Shown one piece after another: positions 1 to 11,448 of a stretch of DNA of 58,264 nt. A model generated the notes under the pieces. It worked only from the letters and a program-made list of their open reading frames with translations, was not told the DNA's origin and did not search any database. The translations under genes were made by a program, and so were the position numbers. Location of the stretch: the sequence record SRR31156797_1336, one strand, 5' to 3'. The stretch's first letter is position 1; every line of letters starts with the position of its first letter.

Positions 1-173
1 AAATGCAAGAAGCTTTTATGAAATAAAAGCAAAGCTGCAGTTAGAGTATAAACTACATAGAGAAGGTGTGGATAGTTACTCATTTACTTGTAAATCTACT
101 GACTAGGAATACGTTAGTGGATATGTGCAATGTTATTAATTACTGGCTAGATATATTATACAAGGAGGATATT

Positions 174-1256
174 GTGAACAAAAAATTACTGAATGTAATC
201 AAGGTTGCTAGTGCTATAACAGGAGCATTACTAGGCCTTGGTTTATATGTATTACTCAACGAATTATTAAGTGTGCTGGGTTACGGCGGGTTATCTGACG
301 TAATTCCATTCTGGATAAACGGACTTATTTTTTTATCACTGATTATTATTTTCGGAATTATTCTTTATATATCATCACCAAAGCTGGCATCATTGATAAT
401 GAGTTTGGAAAAAGCATTGAAAGAACTCCCTGACAAAGATTTGTTTATGGGAGCTGTAGGGCTGGTAATAGGTCTGCTGATTGCGTATCTATTGAGCGGA
501 CTGCTAAATATGGTAGGTGTGTCATGGATAAGCGTACCTCTGTCAATCGTGCTCTATGTAGTACTTGGCTATATGGGTATAGCAATAGCCCTGAACAAGC
601 TGGCTCGCTTTAATTTTGGTGACCTTATGAAAAAGAACCAGTCAGTTTTCGGCAGAAAGACAAGCTCGGTAAAGGTGCTTGATACATCCAGTATTATTGA
701 TGGCAGAATCTATGAAATTGCAAAGACAGGTTTTATTGAGGGTACTCTGGTAATTCCTGAATTCGTTCTGACAGAGCTAAGACACATTTCTGATTCTTCG
801 GATGAGTTAAAGCGAAACAGAGGCAGACGAGGACTGGATATACTTAAATCAATTCAAAACGATTTAGAAGTTGATGTAGAAATATCAGAAAAAGATTACG
901 GCGATAAAATTGAAGTAGATGCAAAGCTGATTAAACTGGCAGAAGATTTAAACGGTAAAGTAGTTACCAATGACTATAATCTGAACAAGGTCGCACTGGT
1001 ACAGGGTGTAAAGGTATTAAATGTAAATGAATTATCAAACGCTGTCAAGCCTGTTGCTCTGCCTGGTGAAACTATGGAAGTCAAAATAGTCAAAGAGGGT
1101 AAGGAACAGCAGCAGGGTGTAGCATTCCTCGGCGATGGCACTATGATAGTCGTACAGGAAGCAAAAAACAGGATAGGAGAGATCTTGTTGGTAGAGGTTA
1201 CATCATCTCTGCAGACTTCTGCCGGCAGAATGATTTTTGCAAGAATAATTGAATAA
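174..1256 (+). CDS. PIN/TRAM domain membrane protein (YacL-like)
   Basis: Four N-terminal TM segments, PIN motifs (VLDTSSIIDGRI, VVTNDYNLNKVA), C-terminal TRAM (QGVAFLGDGTMIVV...TSAGRMIFA). Start moved to GTG 174 after RBS AAGGAGG. Confidence 0.9.
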   Translation: MNKKLLNVIKVASAITGALLGLGLYVLLNELLSVLGYGGLSDVIPFWINGLIFLSLIIIFGIILYISSPKLASLIMSLEKALKELPDKDLFMGAVGLVIGLLIAYLLSGLLNMVGVSWISVPLSIVLYVVLGYMGIAIALNKLARFNFGDLMKKNQSVFGRKTSSVKVLDTSSIIDGRIYEIAKTGFIEGTLVIPEFVLTELRHISDSSDELKRNRGRRGLDILKSIQNDLEVDVEISEKDYGDKIEVDAKLIKLAEDLNGKVVTNDYNLNKVALVQGVKVLNVNELSNAVKPVALPGETMEVKIVKEGKEQQQGVAFLGDGTMIVVQEAKNRIGEILLVEVTSSLQTSAGRMIFARIIE

Positions 1257-1275
1257 AATTAAAGAATATAAACAT

Positions 1276-1310
1276 AAAAGGCACTATGAGAATTCTCTGG
1301 TGCTTTTTAT
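1276..1310 (+). terminator. Rho-independent terminator
   Basis: AAAAGGCACT...GGTGCTTTTT hairpin with T-tract after the stop codon. Confidence 0.65.
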
Positions 1311-1478
1311 TCATTTTAACCATGTTTGACACATAAATTATCTTATTGTAATATAATTTATATATTATATAAGTTTCCCTTTTATACACTATAAATAATT
1401 CTTGTTTTTTTATTATTTAGCTCCAGTTTATTAAAAAACAAGATTATAAATTAATCATAAGATATTTAGGAGATAATC

Positions 1479-4097
1479 ATGTATTGTAGTAAATGCGGTT
1501 ATAGAATTGAACAACCCGGCAAGTTTTGCCCCAAATGTGGAAATCCTACATCACAGACGGTAAATAAGCCTCAACCTCCCATCAGGCAAAATGTGAATAG
1601 CTCTTATACCCCTCCTCAGTCTTCACAGCCACAGTATAATAACACGCCTCAGTATGGTTCTACGCAGAAAAAGAAGGGAAAAGGCTGTATCACTACCCTT
1701 GTAGTTTTTGGGGTAATTATAATGCTTCTGGGCTTAATATCTGTTTTAAACAGCAATAGAATACACGCAGTCGCAATAGATTATGATGATTTCAGAGACA
1801 ACGATACACCGTTCACTATTGATGTTACAGCAGAAGGCGATTCAGTGGAATATGAAATAGATATTGTCGGCTTAAATAATTATTCCAAGTCCATTGATTT
1901 GGATGAGATGTTCTCTGATGTTTTTGGTGAAAAATATAAAATTCATGACATGTGCTTTGATACAGAAACAAATTCAGTTTACCTGCTAGCTCAAAAAAAC
2001 AATGGTAAATACATCGATGTCGAATATACCTATGAAGCTGATTTCACAGATGAATCAATAAAATTTGATGTATTATGCGATAAACTTGGAAAGGTCGATT
2101 CTCTTCTATGTATGATTAGATCAGCACCATTCATGTCACTGGAAACTATGGAGATACTTGTGCCCAGTCACTTGATCTCCATTGTAAGCTCCGTGGATGA
2201 TGACCCCATAACTCACACAACAATCCATAACTCATTAATTCTAGAGTACGATGCTGACGATACAAAATCTATATCCATATCAGCTACAACAACTCCTGAA
2301 GTAACTACACAGCCTATACAAGGCGGTGATGCTTGGACAGTTATGATATATATGAACGGCGCTGACCTAGAATACACCAGTGAAACAAATACATATGATG
2401 CCAGCGGAAGCGATGACATAGGTGAAATGCTTTCAGCAGATTTAAGCGAAGATGTAAATATACTTATCGAGACCGGCGGAACTCTATCATGGTACAGAGA
2501 TGATATTGACGGTGACCACAATCAACGCTTTGAAATTAGTGACGGAAACCTTGTAAAACTAGATGATCTGGACAGGAAGAATATGTGTGATCCTGATACA
2601 CTTATTTCATTTGCTGACTGGGCTGTAAAGAACTATCCTGCAAATAATTATGCACTAATCTTATGGGATCACGGCGGCGGCTCACTCTATGGATTTGGCT
2701 ATGACGAATACTATCCTACAGACAGTCTGCTATTATCAGAGATTGAATCCGCACTCAGTCAAGTAACTAGCTCTAATCAGATGAAATTTGAGTTAATAGG
2801 CTTTGACGCATGCCTGATGGGTACAGTTGAGACCGCAAAAACAATAAGTCCATATGCTAATTACTATCTGGCATCCGAAGAATCCGAACCTGGGCATGGA
2901 TGGAATTACTCATATCTGGTGGATATTATATCCCAGCCAACAACTACCAACGGAGAAATATTAGGCTCTGAAATAGTATATGGATTTATCAGCGAGGCAA
3001 CCAATATGGATTCGGTAGATACCATAACTCTCTCCAATATTGACTTATCTCAAATGGATAATGTATCAAACCAATTTTCAAATTTAATTGAATTGATAAA
3101 CAACGACATGGCACAGGACGAGAAATTCAAAAACAATGTACTTAGTACTATTCCAAAGCTGATGGAGTTCAGCGAAACAGATCACTACGATTTGGTAGGA
3201 TTCGCAAGAGAGATGACCAAATACTATCCATCAGAAGCCAACAGACTGATAGAGGCAATCGATAAAGCAGTAGTTGCAAACGGCGCAGGATACAATATGA
3301 GTGCAGTCGGCGGCTTATCACTATATATACCTTACTATGATTTAAATCTGTACAGCGAATTTAGGGATTTATACTCTGATATTAGTATTTCAGATAATTA
3401 CGTTCTCTTCTGCGATACAGTTACCAACAATAAGCAGGTCGCTATTGAAAATGCTGTTGATCCGGATTACACAATAGATACATATTCAAGACCATTTACC
3501 ATAACGTTCACTCAGGATTACTACGACAATTACTTGTCAAATGTTTACATCAACGTCTATGAAATATATATTGATGGAGATAATGAGTATTGGTACGATT
3601 ATGGTTATGATGCATGGGTTGAGGAGACAGATACACCTTATGTCTTTGAAGAATATGTGCAGTACTGGCCCTGCTTTATGGAATATCCCCTTTACTTGGT
3701 TGTTGAATACGCTGACGACAGTATTATTAAGTATTCAGCACCTATTACAGTAAATAATCAAGACTGTGATATGCTATTTACATATTATCATGATGATGCA
3801 AGCTATAATATTGAAGGCTATGTATACTATCAGAATGATACCAGTATTAGTGACAGAATAGTCTATCAATTTGAGACCGGCGATGTTGTATCTCTGGGTT
3901 ATTATGTAACCGAGATTAATTCAATGAACGAAGATTGGTTCTATACAGATGGTTTTACAATTACAGATGAAAACTTTTTTGTTGAGGATCTTGTTCTGGC
4001 AGATGGCAGTTATGCAATGCAGTTTGCTATAGAAGACTATACTGGAGAGATGTTCTTTACGGAAATTACAGAATTTGAGTTCACAACAAATGAGTGA
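1479..4097 (+). CDS. Membrane-anchored clostripain-family (C11) cysteine peptidase with N-terminal zinc ribbon
   Basis: CSKC..CPKC zinc ribbon, P/Q-rich linker, one TM helix, C11 motifs WTVMIYMNGADLE, LWDHGGG, FDACLMG, ASEESEPG. Confidence 0.85.
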   Translation: MYCSKCGYRIEQPGKFCPKCGNPTSQTVNKPQPPIRQNVNSSYTPPQSSQPQYNNTPQYGSTQKKKGKGCITTLVVFGVIIMLLGLISVLNSNRIHAVAIDYDDFRDNDTPFTIDVTAEGDSVEYEIDIVGLNNYSKSIDLDEMFSDVFGEKYKIHDMCFDTETNSVYLLAQKNNGKYIDVEYTYEADFTDESIKFDVLCDKLGKVDSLLCMIRSAPFMSLETMEILVPSHLISIVSSVDDDPITHTTIHNSLILEYDADDTKSISISATTTPEVTTQPIQGGDAWTVMIYMNGADLEYTSETNTYDASGSDDIGEMLSADLSEDVNILIETGGTLSWYRDDIDGDHNQRFEISDGNLVKLDDLDRKNMCDPDTLISFADWAVKNYPANNYALILWDHGGGSLYGFGYDEYYPTDSLLLSEIESALSQVTSSNQMKFELIGFDACLMGTVETAKTISPYANYYLASEESEPGHGWNYSYLVDIISQPTTTNGEILGSEIVYGFISEATNMDSVDTITLSNIDLSQMDNVSNQFSNLIELINNDMAQDEKFKNNVLSTIPKLMEFSETDHYDLVGFAREMTKYYPSEANRLIEAIDKAVVANGAGYNMSAVGGLSLYIPYYDLNLYSEFRDLYSDISISDNYVLFCDTVTNNKQVAIENAVDPDYTIDTYSRPFTITFTQDYYDNYLSNVYINVYEIYIDGDNEYWYDYGYDAWVEETDTPYVFEEYVQYWPCFMEYPLYLVVEYADDSIIKYSAPITVNNQDCDMLFTYYHDDASYNIEGYVYYQNDTSISDRIVYQFETGDVVSLGYYVTEINSMNEDWFYTDGFTITDENFFVEDLVLADGSYAMQFAIEDYTGEMFFTEITEFEFTTNE

Positions 4098-4187
4098 TTT
4101 GAAGGCATTTTAATGAAATCAAGCCATCGGCTTATAATCGATGTAATATATTGCATTTTAAAATAATCATTTTACTTTTACATATAA

Positions 4188-4227
4188 ATACCCTGAATTA
4201 ATATGATAGTTAATTCAGGGTATATTT
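4188..4227. terminator. Terminator between convergent genes
   Basis: ATACCCTGAATTAA / TTAATTCAGGGTAT 14-bp inverted repeat. Confidence 0.7.
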
Positions 4228-4298
4228 GCATAACTTGTATTATCAATTTAATGTGTTTAAACTGCTGTATTAGCTTGTTTTAAAAAATCATTACAATA

Positions 4299-6701
4299 TT
4301 ACTTCGAATTTTGTGCTATAATACCAAGTTTTTTCATTAGTACATACGCTCCGTAAGTTGATAATAATCCTAAACCAATAATCCACATCCAGTTACCATC
4401 AAAACCATCATCTCCTGTTTTAGGATTTTCAATCTCAACGGATTTTCTGTCTGTATCATCTACTATTTGATAGATACCTGCACTCAATAATGTATAACGG
4501 CTGTCAGAATCTGTACTGGAATCATTTAACGTAATTACTGCTGTTTCACCTGTAGTTGGATGAGCATCACTGTCAATTGTATCATCTGTTCCTGAGTTTT
4601 GAGTAGTAAAACTATAACCAGTTGGTAATGTGAAAACCAGATAATAGTCACCTGCCAGAAGGTTATTAAACTCATAGTAACCATTTGCCCATGTTCCGCT
4701 GCCTGTTGTTACACTAGTACCTACCTGTGTACCTGCTCCTGTGTACAGTGTTACTACTACATCGTTAATATAATTATCGCCTGCACTCCTTATTCCGTCT
4801 CCATCGCTGTCTATCCATACATAATTACCGATGGAATACTGCTTATTGTTGGATACATTTATTGCTGCTGTGCTATTATTTAGAGTGAAAGAATGCTTAG
4901 ATATACCATCCAGCAAATATCCGTCTGGGGCTTTAGTTTCTATGAAATAATAATCACCGTATGGTAAATCGTTAATGATTATCTGTCCATTTGTATCAGT
5001 CGTCATAGTTGTTGGTGTATCTGCAGATGAACCTGTTGAACTGTAGGTATAGCTGCCTACTGTACCTGTAACTATGATTGCATTATCACTGCTGTCATAC
5101 AATGTAAAGTCTGCTGTATCTGTTGTTATTGCATTTGTTCCATCTGTTTTTGTTAAAGTTACTGCGCCAAGTTTTGGAGTCCACCGTGCATACAGTGCCA
5201 TATCTGATGGCAGAGTGAGAGTATCCCCTGCACTATATGTCGTACCACTGCCGTCAGCTAGAGTATTCCATCCATCAAAATCATATCCGTCGTACGAAAT
5301 TGTACTGTCATCTTCGACAATAACATTTGTAGATATATGCTGTGCTCCAGCTGTGGGTACTGTTCCGGTTCCGCCATTTACATCATATGTAAGATGATTT
5401 AGTATAAAGTATCCGCCGTCAACTCCTGTCCATGATGCATCTACTGTTAATCCATATACTGTATTACTGTCAAATATCAGAGGATCTGTAGCATCACTTG
5501 GCGTTTTATGATCATGAGGAACAGGTAGACTTGGTGCAATAACAGAATTATTTTCCAGAAACACTGCAACAGTTCCTGATATCTCAAGGCTTCCGCCACT
5601 GCCGCTGTTTCCTGTGCCAATATCATATGTTGCACCGCTTCCGGCTGCTGCATATACTAATTCATTAGAGAGTGTTATATTGCCGCATGTACCTCCTTGT
5701 CCGCCGCCGATACCAGCTGCGTTTTCACCGCCTGTTGCACTTACTGTACCGCCTGAAATGTTTATTGTACCGCCGGTTACGGTAGCCCCATAACCATTAC
5801 CGATACCCGCAGAACCACCACCGCCAACTGCAGTTACTGTACCGCCTGAAATATTTATCTCTTCAACAGCAGTATTTGGTCCTCCGCCTATACCTGAACC
5901 GCCAATATTACTAGATGAAGAACTTGTTCCCTCTGCATATACTGTACCGCCGGTAATATTGATAATTGAGCCGAATCCACCGGTTTCTAGACTATTACCA
6001 ATACCTGCACCGCCTTGTCCGCCAATCGCATTTACAGTGCCGCCTTTAATAGTTATTGTTCCTGCATCTCCATCAGTTGCAGCACCGATACCTGCAGCAG
6101 CAAAACCGCCATATGCATTTATTATACCACCTAATATAGTAATATCTCCACCGTTAAAATTATCAACAGAACCAATACCCGTACCAGAAAACCTGCCATA
6201 TGTATTTAATGTTGCTGTATCTGACATCGCTCTGATTGTCAAGGAAGTACCAGAATTTACTAATATACCAGCTGAATATATACCGCCAGCTTTTAGAGTA
6301 CTAGGACCAGCTACATCAGATATAACCAAATTATTCCCTACACCATTAAAGGTTATAGGCATCATTGCACTCATCCCAGAGAAAGTAGAATTATCAATAG
6401 TTACGCCTTCAAGTGTAAGTTCTACATCACCTGCACCAGCAGTTGATTGACAAACAACTCTGAGATTACTCGGTGAAGTGCCTGTAAGCGTAACCTCTGA
6501 ATTAGATGAAATTATAATTCTATCACCTGATGCTAAGGGGTAAGTTGTAATAGTTGTCCCGTTTGATGTCAATATTAACTCCCCTGTTGAAAGATTTAGT
6601 GTCTGGTCATTACCAACCGAATAATCTACTGCTAATGCAGAAACAGGTAAAACCAAAACACTTACTACTACTATTATTAATAATAAAAACCATTTCCTCA
6701 T
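4299..6701 (-). CDS. Sortase-anchored surface protein (Gly-rich repeats, InlB-B-like repeat, SpaA-like and SdrD-B-like domains)
   Basis: Signal peptide; repeated AGIG..ITISGGTVxAxGG units; YDVNGG..FDGWNTLADGSG..LYARW; GDYYFIETKAPDGY; SIGNYVWIDSDGDG; C-terminal NPKTG + TM + basic tail. Confidence 0.85.
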   Translation of the reverse strand: MRKWFLLLIIVVVSVLVLPVSALAVDYSVGNDQTLNLSTGELILTSNGTTITTYPLASGDRIIISSNSEVTLTGTSPSNLRVVCQSTAGAGDVELTLEGVTIDNSTFSGMSAMMPITFNGVGNNLVISDVAGPSTLKAGGIYSAGILVNSGTSLTIRAMSDTATLNTYGRFSGTGIGSVDNFNGGDITILGGIINAYGGFAAAGIGAATDGDAGTITIKGGTVNAIGGQGGAGIGNSLETGGFGSIINITGGTVYAEGTSSSSSNIGGSGIGGGPNTAVEEINISGGTVTAVGGGGSAGIGNGYGATVTGGTINISGGTVSATGGENAAGIGGGQGGTCGNITLSNELVYAAAGSGATYDIGTGNSGSGGSLEISGTVAVFLENNSVIAPSLPVPHDHKTPSDATDPLIFDSNTVYGLTVDASWTGVDGGYFILNHLTYDVNGGTGTVPTAGAQHISTNVIVEDDSTISYDGYDFDGWNTLADGSGTTYSAGDTLTLPSDMALYARWTPKLGAVTLTKTDGTNAITTDTADFTLYDSSDNAIIVTGTVGSYTYSSTGSSADTPTTMTTDTNGQIIINDLPYGDYYFIETKAPDGYLLDGISKHSFTLNNSTAAINVSNNKQYSIGNYVWIDSDGDGIRSAGDNYINDVVVTLYTGAGTQVGTSVTTGSGTWANGYYEFNNLLAGDYYLVFTLPTGYSFTTQNSGTDDTIDSDAHPTTGETAVITLNDSSTDSDSRYTLLSAGIYQIVDDTDRKSVEIENPKTGDDGFDGNWMWIIGLGLLSTYGAYVLMKKLGIIAQNSK

Positions 6702-7094
6702 ATATGCCTCCTACTTCATACTGCTAAGTTATACATAGCAATACACGCAGTTACATAATATACCATTTTGTTTTATTGAGGGGGATTTGTTATTAATTAA
6801 CACTATATTACATAAATAAGCACAATTTTTCATTTAATAATTGAATAACAGAATTATTGACAAAATATCTTCTGATTCTATCATTATTACAGATTATTGA
6901 GGGGTGTACCATATAAATAAGAATTGATCTTCTTTATAAACTATTTTTCTGATTGTGTAATTATTTTATATGTTCTGTTTATATGATATTCTATAGATGT
7001 CACAAAAAAAGTTAAAAAATCTGACATTTATAAGCATAATTCACCTAGTAGTACTGCTACTAACGCAGTATCACCGAGTAAGTCAGCTCCTTTA

Positions 7095-7841
7095 TCAGAC
7101 TTTCCTGCATACAAAATGCACCCTGTCTGATGTATTCTTGTATTCCTCAAAGCTTAGCTCATCATAAACTTTTAAAGTATCAAAACCACAGTTAATCAGC
7201 AAACTTTTTGTTTCAGCAATGCTGTGACCTCTCTGCTTATGTATCTCTGTAGTTCTTTGAAATAGATTATTATTTGTAAGGGTAAAAAATGAAATATCCA
7301 TTGTAAGGCAATGTGTACTATAATCATATGTATTTGACCAGATATATGCCATATCGTCAGTTTCCTCGGCATACATTTCGCCATCCATATTCTTTAACTT
7401 GTATTGGGTACTGATATCAAATATAAATAATCCGCTGTGTTTCAGCAATTTATAAGCAGACTGGAAGAATACTTTTACATCATCCAGACTGCATAGATAA
7501 TTTACCCCATCATTTACACAGGTTACAATATTGTATTTAGTATTGCTTTTGATATCTCTGATGTCCTGTTTCAGATAATTGATATTAAGCCCAAGATTAT
7601 GTGTCTTTTCCTTTGCAATTATCAGCATATCAGAGCTAATATCCACTGCATCTACATTAAATCCATATTTACTAAGGGCAATTGCAATATCTCCTGTACC
7701 ACAGGCAGCATCAAGAACTTTACTGCCTTTTCTAATATTCTGCCCTTCTATTAGCTCTAGGATATAATCCTGCCATTTCCCAATATCCTCTAAGAGACGG
7801 GATTGGTCATAAATATTGGCTAATGTAGTATACGCTTTAAT
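7095..7841 (-). CDS. Class I SAM-dependent methyltransferase
   Basis: Frame stays open 65 codons upstream of the listed start and contains motif I VLDAACGTG; the only start-like codon behind the RBS AAGAGG is ATT at 7841. Confidence 0.85.
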   Translation of the reverse strand: MKAYTTLANIYDQSRLLEDIGKWQDYILELIEGQNIRKGSKVLDAACGTGDIAIALSKYGFNVDAVDISSDMLIIAKEKTHNLGLNINYLKQDIRDIKSNTKYNIVTCVNDGVNYLCSLDDVKVFFQSAYKLLKHSGLFIFDISTQYKLKNMDGEMYAEETDDMAYIWSNTYDYSTHCLTMDISFFTLTNNNLFQRTTEIHKQRGHSIAETKSLLINCGFDTLKVYDELSFEEYKNTSDRVHFVCRKV

Positions 7842-7853
7842 GATGGACCTCTT

Positions 7854-8054
7854 TTATTTATCAGTATTTTTACTTTTCTTTTTCAGCTTCTTCTTTTTGG
7901 CACTCAGCAGCCCGCCAATCTTGCCTGTCTCAGCAGCCGTCAAGCCTCCCCAGCCTAGACTGTCTACCTTGTCCGATAGTCCCAGCTCGCTGGCTATTTC
8001 GTATTTCATCAAATCGTTTGGTGTCGGTTTTTTCTTCTTTTTTTTCTTTGGCAT
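7854..8054 (-). CDS. Small acid-soluble spore protein, alpha/beta type
   Basis: MKYEIASELGL..V...GWGGLTAAETGKIGG signature. Confidence 0.88.
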   Translation of the reverse strand: MPKKKKKKKPTPNDLMKYEIASELGLSDKVDSLGWGGLTAAETGKIGGLLSAKKKKLKKKSKNTDK

Positions 8055-8078
8055 ATTATCACCTCATATTAATGATGA

Positions 8079-8108
8079 TATTTTTACCAAATAATCGGTT
8101 AATTATTC
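8079..8108 (-). promoter_or_regulatory. Putative forespore sigma-F/G-type promoter of the SASP gene
   Basis: GAATA-N15-GGTAAAAATA on the minus strand just upstream of the SASP RBS. Confidence 0.5.
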
Positions 8109-8984
8109 CTCTGTATTACTTTCATCTTCATCTTCATCTTCATCAATTGGTTTCATATACTTGTCAAATGTATTCGTAGTATACGTAATAGTGATATACA
8201 TAGCCAAAGTAAAAGCTATAAACAATATGTAAAATATGAAAACAATAAAGAATATTTGATAGGTTAAGGAGAGTAATAAAAGAAGTATTATTGGCAAGAT
8301 AGCCAAAATCGCTATACCTATAGTAGCTGGAAGCTTGCCAATTGTCAGATATATTGAATTCCTGATAATATCCTTTAGCTTCATATCATATGTAACAATC
8401 ATTGGATAGACATACATGCTGGAAAGAATTACGAAGATATAGACCCCTATAAATAGTGCTTTTGCGAAGACTAGTATCAGAGAATCTCCATTTATAACCT
8501 GAGTAATATCATATAAACGTAATACTATCTGTCCCAACAATAAAAATGCTGAGAATATAAGCATATATAATAATGATTGTTTCAGGTTTTCCTTGGTTCT
8601 TTCTATAAAATCTGAAAGAACAAATGAATGCCGGTCCTGTGTAAAATTGCGAATAACGTATGTTGCACCGCTGATTGCTGGTGCTGCAATTAAAAGGCAT
8701 GGAATCAGTATTGTAAAATACATTATCCTGTACGATGATAATTCCTCAGCAGAAAGTTCGCCGTACAAAAGCAGATTAAAAAATATTAGCGTCAATGCAA
8801 TTGCCGGTATTAGGAAAACAATTAATATCAGATTCAGCTTAATAAGCTGTCCGTATTTTACACCCAGTATCTCAAAGAACAGCTGAATACGGCTCTTCCC
8901 CTCAATATCCTCTTTGGTCAAATCCTTCTTGTTGGATTTACCATACAGCATTCTATTAAAAAAATTTTTCATAGATTTTCTCAC
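8103..8984 (-). CDS. YesL/DUF624-like membrane protein
   Basis: LIKLNL..., PAISGATYV, YVYPMIVTYDMKLKDIIRNS; multiple TM helices. Confidence 0.7.
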   Translation of the reverse strand: MRKSMKNFFNRMLYGKSNKKDLTKEDIEGKSRIQLFFEILGVKYGQLIKLNLILIVFLIPAIALTLIFFNLLLYGELSAEELSSYRIMYFTILIPCLLIAAPAISGATYVIRNFTQDRHSFVLSDFIERTKENLKQSLLYMLIFSAFLLLGQIVLRLYDITQVINGDSLILVFAKALFIGVYIFVILSSMYVYPMIVTYDMKLKDIIRNSIYLTIGKLPATIGIAILAILPIILLLLLSLTYQIFFIVFIFYILFIAFTLAMYITITYTTNTFDKYMKPIDEDEDEDESNTEE

Positions 8985-9106
8985 TTCTTAGCATATTATA
9001 CCATTTTAATTATTCTATCATATATTATATATGTCTATAGATTATCACAATCAATACATCAAAATGATGCAATAAATATACAAATAACTATATCAAATAG
9101 CAATTA

Positions 9107-10780
9107 TCAAAACAGCCCAACAATATTTCCATCGTCATCAATGTCTATGTTATTTGCACTTGGTACCTTTGGAAGCCCTGGCATACGAAGAATACTGCCT
9201 GACTTAACAACTAGAAAATCTGCTCCGCTGTTTAGGGTTATACCTCTGATTGTTATATCAAAGCCTTTTGGTGCACCCAGCAACTTCATATTATCCGATG
9301 TAGAGTATTGTGTCTTAGCAATGCAGATTGGCAGCTTGTCCTTGCCTAGTGTAACTATATCCTTAATATCCTGCTTTGCTTTCTCGCTGTATATTACGCC
9401 GCTGCCGCCATAATATTCACATACTGATTGTATTTTGTTCTCAATTGTATCGTTTACATCATAGAGGTATTTATTCTCTTTTATACTTGGTTCATCCAGC
9501 TTATCTATTACCTTTTCAGCCAAATCAATGCCGCCTTTGCCACCTTTAGCCCATACGTCAGACTTTGCAACCTCTACGCCAAGAGCCTTGCATGCATCAA
9601 TTATTACCTGCATTTCTTCATCGGTGTCAGATGAAAATTGATTAATAGCAACAACTGTTTTTTTACCAAACTTATCCTGCATATTTTTTATATGATGCTG
9701 GAGATTGCTTAACCCGTCTTTAACTGCCTGCACATTTTCTTGAGTTAAATTGCTCTTGTCAACTCCGCCATGATATTTGAGAGCTCGTATAGTTGCCACT
9801 ATTACTACTACATCAGCAACAATATTCCCAGCTCGTGATTTGATATCAATGAATTTCTCAGCTCCTAAATCAGCTCCGAAGCCAGCCTCAGTAACTACTA
9901 CATCAGCTAATTTCATCGCCATCTTGGTTGCTGCTATTGAGTTGCATCCATGAGCAATATTGGCAAAAGGACCGCCATGGATAAGGCACGGAGTGTGCTC
10001 CAATGTCTGCACCAGGTTAGGATTGAACGCTTCCTTTATAAGAACCGTCATAGCACCGTGGGCATCTATATCTCTGGCATATACAGGATTTTTGTCTTTA
10101 TCAAGTGCTATTATTATATTACCTAAACGATTTTTCAAATCATCCAGTGAGGATGCCAAGCAAAATGCCGCCATTACTTCGCTGGCTGCTGTTATATCAA
10201 AGCCGTCTTTTCTGGGAACACCAGATTTCTTCCCAAAACCGCATTCTATATTTCTGAGCTGTCTGTCATTTACATCAAGGCATCTGCGCCAAGTGATATG
10301 CTCTAGGTCAATATCTAATTCATTTCCCTGATATATATGATTATCAAGCATTGCACTAAGAAGATTATTAGCCGCTGTTATTGCATGCAAATCCCCTGTA
10401 AAGTGAAGGTTTAATTCCTCCATTGGAATAACCTGCGCATAGCCGCCGCCTGCAGCACCACCCTTCATACCAAATACAGGTCCAAGGGAAGGCTCACGAA
10501 GCGCAAGACACACATTAACCCCAATCCTGCTCATACCATCAGCAAGCCCGACAGATGTTGTAGTCTTGCCCTCTCCTGCCGGAGTTGGGTTGATTGCTGT
10601 TACCAATACTACTTTACCATCAGGTTTATCCTTTAGTCTGTTAACAACGGATAACTGAACTTTCGCTTTATCATGTCCATATGGTATTATGTCTTCTTCT
10701 GCCAGACCTAGATTCTTTGCAATCTTTGCAATTTTCTCTGCTTTGGCCTCTCTCGCTATCTCAATATCAGATTTATTCAT
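9107..10780 (-). CDS. fhs: Formate--tetrahydrofolate ligase
   Basis: [56 protein letters not shown] motifs; 557 aa. Confidence 0.98.
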   Translation of the reverse strand: MNKSDIEIAREAKAEKIAKIAKNLGLAEEDIIPYGHDKAKVQLSVVNRLKDKPDGKVVLVTAINPTPAGEGKTTTSVGLADGMSRIGVNVCLALREPSLGPVFGMKGGAAGGGYAQVIPMEELNLHFTGDLHAITAANNLLSAMLDNHIYQGNELDIDLEHITWRRCLDVNDRQLRNIECGFGKKSGVPRKDGFDITAASEVMAAFCLASSLDDLKNRLGNIIIALDKDKNPVYARDIDAHGAMTVLIKEAFNPNLVQTLEHTPCLIHGGPFANIAHGCNSIAATKMAMKLADVVVTEAGFGADLGAEKFIDIKSRAGNIVADVVVIVATIRALKYHGGVDKSNLTQENVQAVKDGLSNLQHHIKNMQDKFGKKTVVAINQFSSDTDEEMQVIIDACKALGVEVAKSDVWAKGGKGGIDLAEKVIDKLDEPSIKENKYLYDVNDTIENKIQSVCEYYGGSGVIYSEKAKQDIKDIVTLGKDKLPICIAKTQYSTSDNMKLLGAPKGFDITIRGITLNSGADFLVVKSGSILRMPGLPKVPSANNIDIDDDGNIVGLF

Positions 10781-10818
10781 TTGTGCTATCCTATCTATAT
10801 ATCTATTGTATTAATGCT

Positions 10819-11448
10819 CTAGAAATGTTCAACTCTTTCACCGGGAAGCAGAAAGTCATCAATACCTTTCATAAATAAATCCCTTAAAGCATCATCTGTG
10901 TATGTAACAAACATATCAGCTTCATCATAGATAGAGATGGTAGCATCTGCCAGTCTACTGATAGCATCTGCGAATTCCTCAAATGTTTCCAGCTTTAGGT
11001 GAATTAACACGTTAGTCAGTTTTTTGATATCAGAGGATACTACTATAAAGTAATCTGCAGGCATAGCCACAGAGAAATCATTAGTATTGTACTCATGCTC
11101 CATGTTAAGGTCAGCCAGGCGAGCTTTGAATTCATCCGCTTCTTCATCTTTTAAATGAATAAACTGCGGATCTAAAATAGAAGGATGAAGTTTTTGTAGA
11201 ACTACAATTAGCTGTGAGCCAAGGATATATGCTCTTGGATTTGCCTTCAGATAAATAAAATCCACAACATCTTCATTCATCTCTGCAGCACGCTTTCCCT
11301 TTACGAAAGAATACTCGGACATATCATACTTTTCTTGAAGATTTCTGACTATTTTTCTCAGCATTCTTCCGGGTAGAATATCCAACCCTCTTGGTGCAGA
11401 TATGGCGAACATACCGTCAGTATATTTATAATCACATTTAATTGGCAT
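10819..11448 (-). CDS. Hypothetical protein
   Basis: 209-aa ORF with RBS GGGAGAG, co-oriented with and 38 bp upstream of fhs. Confidence 0.7.
   Translation of the reverse strand: MPIKCDYKYTDGMFAISAPRGLDILPGRMLRKIVRNLQEKYDMSEYSFVKGKRAAEMNEDVVDFIYLKANPRAYILGSQLIVVLQKLHPSILDPQFIHLKDEEADEFKARLADLNMEHEYNTNDFSVAMPADYFIVVSSDIKKLTNVLIHLKLETFEEFADAISRLADATISIYDEADMFVTYTDDALRDLFMKGIDDFLLPGERVEHF

Noticed and set aside
5600-6200. Repeated DNA units in the surface protein as a CRISPR or mobile repeat
   Set aside because: They are in-frame degenerate Gly-rich protein repeats without spacer structure.
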